A stretch of DNA of 64,000 nucleotides, taken from assembly GCA_023920165.1 (NCBI GenBank), contig CP089276.1:4278001-4342000 (forward strand), read 5' to 3'. A program made the position numbers and the translations under genes. Of the stretch, positions 59,501 through 64,000 are shown piece by piece; position 1 is the stretch's first letter, and each line of letters opens with the position of its first letter. A model generated the notes under the pieces. The model was not told where the DNA came from. It saw only the letters and a program-made list of their open reading frames with translations, and searched no databases. The DNA comes from Curvularia clavata (lineage: Eukaryota).

Positions 59501-60780
59501 TTGCTAACTGCAGTAAAAGTAGCAATATTTCTAGCGTATTGCCCCTTCGCTAGTATTTTGCTAGATAGCCTAATTAGGCTGCTAGTCTTTGAAAACTCGA
59601 ATTCAGCTCCTTTTTGAACTGCTTGGTAGAGACTGAGTAGATTGACTTTGAAGTCCGGCACTAGTAAGACTTCTTTGAGTACTACTGTCTCGCCCGTACT
59701 CGTAAATTTAATTGGCACTTCGCCTTTGGCTGTTGCTTGTAGCAACGCAGTAGAGTTGCCCCATTTAATATACGTATTACTAACGCTGGTAAGGCTTCTA
59801 AAAAGCTGTCGGTCAGAGCAAATATGGGAGCTGGCGGCGCTGTCTAATATCCACTCAATCGACTTGGAAGACTCAGTGGATAGAGCAGCTTTGATATCGG
59901 CGATATTTGGATCGACTGAGACTACTGTAGATAGAGCTGTCTCAGGCTTATAATATGTCCGACTGGGGCGTTTGCTGGGGTCTTTCTGCCAGCATTGGTC
60001 GACTAAATGTCCATTTCTCTTGCAGTGAGAGCAGTATTTTGGACTTTTGGTGGATTTTTGAGTAGCCAAAGTCATTTCGACGTCTTTTGACTGTGGAGCT
60101 TGGTTGGAGCTGCTAATTGGGCTCCTTTGGTATGGTCTGTAGCTCTTTTGGTAAGAGCTATTTGAGTTACTGCCGCTGCTGCTTCTAATCGATTTCTGGC
60201 GTCTTGATTCGTCCATAATTTGGTTGTATAAGTTCTCAAGATCAATCTCTTTGTTAGATCTAAAATCTTGAGTAATAGCTGTAACCAAATAGTCAAAGTC
60301 TGAGCTTAGATTATTGAGAATCAAAGCAGCAATGAATCGGTGCGGTAGTGCCAGATTTCGGCTCTCTAGACTAAGGACTAGTCTGTTGATTTTTTGGAGA
60401 TATATTTCGACGTTGTTTTGGCACTGCTGCACGGTCGTATTGATAAGATCTTTGCAAATTAAGAAGTCAGAGCTAAAGCCTTTTGGGCTATATAGCTTCT
60501 TTAGGTGATTCCATAGACTATATGGAGTTTTCATGTCTTTTGACTGTAGTAGAGGCCCATCGTCTAGACTGAGTCGTAGAGTAGACAGAGCTTTGATTTC
60601 TGAGCTTTTTAGCTTCTGATATCTCTCAGAGCCTTTACTTTGTTCAAGCTCTTGTGGGTCGACTGTTATAATCTCGTAGCAGTCTTGCTGTATAAGCACT
60701 GCTTCGATCCGTAGTGCCCACATGTCATAGTTAGAGCTGCCTTTGAGCTTTGGCACTCTAAATATGCTACTGTCAGCCAT
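56590..60780 (-). CDS. Copia gag-pol polyprotein, copy 5 (intact)
   Basis: Translation identical to copy 1. Confidence 0.98.
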   Translation of the reverse strand: MADSSIFRVPKLKGSSNYDMWALRIEAVLIQQDCYEIITVDPQELEQSKGSERYQKLKSSEIKALSTLRLSLDDGPLLQSKDMKTPYSLWNHLKKLYSPKGFSSDFLICKDLINTTVQQCQNNVEIYLQKINRLVLSLESRNLALPHRFIAALILNNLSSDFDYLVTAITQDFRSNKEIDLENLYNQIMDESRRQKSIRSSSGSNSNSSYQKSYRPYQRSPISSSNQAPQSKDVEMTLATQKSTKSPKYCSHCKRNGHLVDQCWQKDPSKRPSRTYYKPETALSTVVSVDPNIADIKAALSTESSKSIEWILDSAASSHICSDRQLFRSLTSVSNTYIKWGNSTALLQATAKGEVPIKFTSTGETVVLKEVLLVPDFKVNLLSLYQAVQKGAEFEFSKTSSLIRLSSKILAKGQYARNIATFTAVSNIQTSQVYTETYNTELTAKSVQPNQTDQSKPDDQTSLLHRRFGHIGKTSLNKLSENTKGVKSNTKTSSGFSNCEICLRSKFASKISRDPISTPVHQFGDLIYCDLGGPIKPKTNKGYRYYITFLDYYTKYLEVDLLTSRSELVKPVKAFIKKAEVQDSKQIKAIQSDNELDTLELQKLATRKGFKLRFTPPFNPEGKGGAERINRTLFDKIRALLFEAKMPNKLWAEALLAAVYLYNRTPHSSIGFKTPFEAKYGYKPDVSNVRIWGSLAYKKEPKEFLSKLDSRVQQYYLVGYISKNLYRLIDIRTNKVTTTRDVQILEGVFNDQAPDEELQLDEEPNTEPNAEPNTEPNTEPNTEPNTEPNTSQSNPPANSMRVVGRNPIVLIKKKAKPAELALSTNQKAPPEIAAEDIILEEVLFTSKDITDPKSYAQVLQHQDSQHYLLAMQNELDQLQKNDTWKLVPRPSEYPVLKGRWVLNKKYQQNGDFIFKARWVAKGFQQELGVNYYETFANTTRPDLIRLLLAISAAQNWHIKSWDVKQAFPNALIDTTIYVEQPEGFQDQHYPQHVCLLNKALYGLKQASRQWQKLLASLLGQLGFKSLSIDTATYINVEQKLVIATHVDDLLIFGEQEQSIQKLFKDLTAISKLEIKDLGDVSEFLGVQVIRSRRAIYITQENYLQRLLARFNKQDIKPRQTPLQQNIKLNRNSQTATPNATNMYQQQIGSLIYLSIFTRPDITYAVNLLSRFMANPSTEHFSSLDYLWGYLAQSRQLGLLYQLSTDNQNSIKSSQSAPNNLDLIKLIGSTDADWGGDFDSRRSTTGYIFLLQSNKSNCAISWLSKLQPTVALSSAEAEFMAYREAVKQSLYLTQFIKEIKALYPILPDIDKTATTVYSDSQSAIQLTKNPTYHARTKHIDIQYYFIREKVETKQIQLVYQNTSCLLADSLTKATSADKTRDFLLGANLVDISQITAS

Positions 60781-61161
60781 TTTGTGCTGCTAGTCTGTCT
60801 AGAAATATAGACTAGATAGCTGTTTGTAGTCTAGCGCAGTAAATAAGCAGTTACTGTTCTTACTATGAAGAACTCTGGCTGCTAGTCGATCGAGTTGATC
60901 TGTCTGCAACTAGCTACAAGAAGCTTCGGCTAACCCCTAACCAGAGTATTTAGCTGCGTTTGCGGCTCAGAGACTCCTAAACTGATAGGGTTTTTGCTTC
61001 AGTAGAGTTTCTCAGCTTTTTAGCCGTGGTTTACTCTTAACCCTTAGTAACCCTAGCTTTTACTAAGAGACTAGCTATATTTATACTAGCTCTTACTTTA
61101 GTCTTATGCTAAGACTTGCTAGAATCTTCGATCGATAGACACGTAATCCGGGCTCATAACC

Positions 61162-61510
61162 TGTAAAAGTGTGGGGTAGCTACTTATTCTACTAGTAGTA
61201 GACTCAGAGGTAGCTTGATTAAAGACTCAAGTAAGTAGTATATGCTAGGGGAGAGAGTTGATGGACACGATTGACTTTGTATAAACTGCTCTGGTTTCTA
61301 TCTACTAGCTATTCTACTACTATATATATTGGCTGGAGTAGATTCTAGAAGAATCTATCTAGTAGTAGCTTGCGTAATCTTTGGCGTCATAGACAGATGT
61401 CTATAGATCGATTATAGTCTTGACAGATCGACTATAGACTAAGTTGATTCTGGGTATAGGAGTACGCACCCAGATACTGTAGATTAGCTGACTAGCTTAG
61501 ATCTACAACA
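61162..61510 (-). repeat. Copia LTR 6 (shared)
   Basis: Same sequence as LTR 1. Confidence 0.93.
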
Positions 61511-61522
61511 CGCCCCCTTAAG

Positions 61523-64000
61523 CTAGGAAGCTGTAATTTGGGATATATCTACTAGATTTGCTCCAAGTAGAAAGTCTCGAGTCTTGTCGGCGCTTGTAGC
61601 CTTAGTGAGACTGTCGGCTAGTAGACAGCTAGTGTTTTGATATACTAGCTGGATCTGTTTGGTCTCTACCTTCTCACGGATAAAGTAGTATTGGATATCG
61701 ATGTGTTTTGTCCTAGCGTGATAGGTAGGATTTTTGGTGAGTTGGATTGCACTTTGGCTGTCTGAGTAGACAGTAGTAGCTGTCTTGTCTATGTCTGGCA
61801 GTATTGGATATAGAGCTTTAATCTCTTTGATAAACTGGGTGAGATATAAGCTCTGTTTAACTGCTTCTCGGTAGGCCATGAATTCAGCTTCTGCGCTTGA
61901 TAGTGCTACTGTCGGCTGTAGTTTTGACAGCCAAGAAATCGCGCAGTTGCTCTTGTTTGACTGGAGTAAAAATATGTATCCAGTGGTAGATCTTCTACTG
62001 TCAAAGTCACCCCCCCAATCTGCATCCGTAGATCCAATCAGTTTAATCAGATCTAAGTTATTTGGTGCAGATTGACTGCTTTTGATGCTGTTTTGGTTAT
62101 CAGTACTGAGCTGATAGAGTAGTCCTAGCTGTCTTGACTGAGCTAGATATCCCCATAGGTAGTCTAGACTGCTGAAATGCTCGGTGCTCGGATTGGCCAT
62201 GAATCTGGATAGAAGATTGACTGCGTAGGTAATATCCGGCCGAGTAAAAATGGATAGATAGATGAGAGAGCCAATTTGCTGCTGGTACATATTGGTGGCG
62301 TTTGGAGTAGCCGTTTGGCTGTTTCTGTTGAGCTTGATATTCTGTTGCAGTGGAGTCTGTCTTGGCTTAATATCTTGCTTATTGAATCTAGCAAGTAGCC
62401 TTTGTAGATAGTTTTCTTGGGTAATATAGATCGCTCGTCTAGATCTAATTACTTGGACTCCAAGAAACTCTGAGACGTCGCCTAGATCTTTGATCTCAAG
62501 CTTTGAGATAGCTGTTAGGTCTTTGAATAGCTTTTGAATACTTTGCTCTTGTTCTCCAAAAATAAGCAAGTCGTCTACGTGAGTAGCTATAACAAGCTTC
62601 TGCTCGACATTGATATAAGTGGCAGTGTCAATAGACAGAGATTTGAAGCCTAGTTGTCCGAGTAGGCTTGCTAGTAGTTTCTGCCACTGTCTACTGGCTT
62701 GTTTTAGCCCGTATAGAGCCTTGTTAAGCAAGCAGACGTGCTGTGGATAGTGCTGATCTTGAAATCCTTCTGGCTGCTCGACGTATATAGTCGTGTCGAT
62801 TAAAGCATTTGGGAAAGCTTGCTTGACATCCCAGCTTTTTATATGCCAGTTTTGAGCTGCTGAAATGGCTAGTAGTAGCCGGATTAGATCAGGCCGAGTA
62901 GTATTGGCAAATGTCTCGTAGTAGTTGACTCCAAGCTCTTGTTGAAAGCCTTTCGCTACCCAACGTGCTTTGAATATAAAATCGCCATTTTGCTGGTATT
63001 TTTTGTTAAGTACCCAGCGGCCTTTGAGAACTGGATATTCGGACGGTCTTGGTACAAGCTTCCAAGTGTCGTTCTTTTGCAGCTGGTCTAGCTCGTTTTG
63101 CATAGCTAATAGATAGTGTTGACTGTCTTGGTGCTGTAGCACTTGAGCGTAGCTTTTTGGATCAGTGATATCCTTTGAAGTAAATAAGACTTCTTCTAGG
63201 ATAATGTCCTCTGCTGCTATTTCTGGTGGAGCTTTTTGATTAGTGGATAGAGCTAATTCTGCTGGCTTGGCTTTCTTTTTGATCAAAACAATCGGATTTC
63301 TTCCAACTACTCTCATGGAGTTGGCTGGTGGATTTGACTGGCTAGTATTTGGCTCAGTATTTGGCTCAGTATTTGGCTCAGTATTTGGCTCAGTATTTGG
63401 CTCAGCATTTGGCTCAGTATTTGGCTCTTCGTCAAGCTGCAGTTCTTCATCAGGAGCTTGATCATTGAACACTCCTTCTAGTATTTGGACGTCTCTTGTA
63501 GTAGTAACCTTGTTAGTTCTAATATCGATTAGACGATATAGATTTTTACTAATATATCCAACAAGGTAGTACTGCTGGACACGAGAATCTAGTTTGCTAA
63601 GAAACTCTTTTGGCTCTTTCTTGTATGCTAGAGATCCCCAGATTCTAACATTGCTGACGTCTGGTTTATATCCATATTTGGCTTCAAATGGCGTCTTAAA
63701 GCCAATAGAGCTGTGCGGTGTTCTATTGTATAGATACACTGCCGCTAGTAGAGCTTCTGCCCATAGCTTATTGGGCATTTTGGCTTCAAATAGCAGAGCT
63801 CTAATCTTGTCAAATAGCGTTCGGTTGATCCGCTCGGCTCCGCCTTTGCCTTCTGGATTGAATGGAGGAGTAAATCGGAGTTTAAATCCCTTTCTAGTAG
63901 CTAGCTTTTGCAGCTCTAGCGTGTCCAACTCATTGTCTGATTGGATAGCTTTGATCTGCTTTGAGTCTTGGACTTCTGCTTTCTTAATAAAAGCTTTGAC
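61523..64000 (-). CDS. Copia gag-pol polyprotein, copy 6 (5' part beyond window)
   Basis: The 801-aa ORF-track fragment matches the C-terminal part of copy 1, and the frame continues to the window edge. Confidence 0.96.
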   Translation of the reverse strand, partial: VKAFIKKAEVQDSKQIKAIQSDNELDTLELQKLATRKGFKLRFTPPFNPEGKGGAERINRTLFDKIRALLFEAKMPNKLWAEALLAAVYLYNRTPHSSIGFKTPFEAKYGYKPDVSNVRIWGSLAYKKEPKEFLSKLDSRVQQYYLVGYISKNLYRLIDIRTNKVTTTRDVQILEGVFNDQAPDEELQLDEEPNTEPNAEPNTEPNTEPNTEPNTEPNTSQSNPPANSMRVVGRNPIVLIKKKAKPAELALSTNQKAPPEIAAEDIILEEVLFTSKDITDPKSYAQVLQHQDSQHYLLAMQNELDQLQKNDTWKLVPRPSEYPVLKGRWVLNKKYQQNGDFIFKARWVAKGFQQELGVNYYETFANTTRPDLIRLLLAISAAQNWHIKSWDVKQAFPNALIDTTIYVEQPEGFQDQHYPQHVCLLNKALYGLKQASRQWQKLLASLLGQLGFKSLSIDTATYINVEQKLVIATHVDDLLIFGEQEQSIQKLFKDLTAISKLEIKDLGDVSEFLGVQVIRSRRAIYITQENYLQRLLARFNKQDIKPRQTPLQQNIKLNRNSQTATPNATNMYQQQIGSLIYLSIFTRPDITYAVNLLSRFMANPSTEHFSSLDYLWGYLAQSRQLGLLYQLSTDNQNSIKSSQSAPNNLDLIKLIGSTDADWGGDFDSRRSTTGYIFLLQSNKSNCAISWLSKLQPTVALSSAEAEFMAYREAVKQSLYLTQFIKEIKALYPILPDIDKTATTVYSDSQSAIQLTKNPTYHARTKHIDIQYYFIREKVETKQIQLVYQNTSCLLADSLTKATSADKTRDFLLGANLVDISQITAS

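Larger units (their letters stand above)
36497..64000 (-). mobile_element. Head-to-tail array of at least 6 Ty1/Copia LTR retrotransposons sharing single LTRs (unit 4,933 bp)
   Basis: LTR left ends at 36497, 41430, 46363, 51296, 56229, 61162. Five complete identical 1,396-aa ORFs plus a sixth cut by the window edge. Confidence 0.98.

Overview
Gene-free, repeat-only fungal (filamentous ascomycete-like) DNA in two contrasting parts. 1-36,496 is a very AT-rich nest of transposon relics with the hallmarks of repeat-induced point mutation (RIP): excess TpA, CAA/CAG/TGG to stop, TGY to TAY. It holds five Ty3/Gypsy pieces and a fresh solo LTR, three long-TIR Tc1 (DD34E) elements with a two-intron transposase, three Fot1/pogo-type elements, a MITE-like element, and six copies or fragments of an unrecognised ~1.15-1.2 kb A-tailed retroposon with 14-bp TSDs. 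36,497-64,000 is a head-to-tail array of at least 6 apparently identical, intact Ty1/Copia elements (period 4,933 bp, one shared LTR per junction, 1,396-aa gag-pol, half-tRNAiMet PBS), inserted in a RIP-dead Gypsy integrase and running off the window. Main candidates for novelty: the un-RIPed shared-LTR Copia array, an antisense Zn(II)2Cys6-like/coiled-coil accessory ORF in two different Gypsy families, and the small retroposon family. All alignments and de-RIP reconstructions were done by eye, and relic boundaries are approximate.
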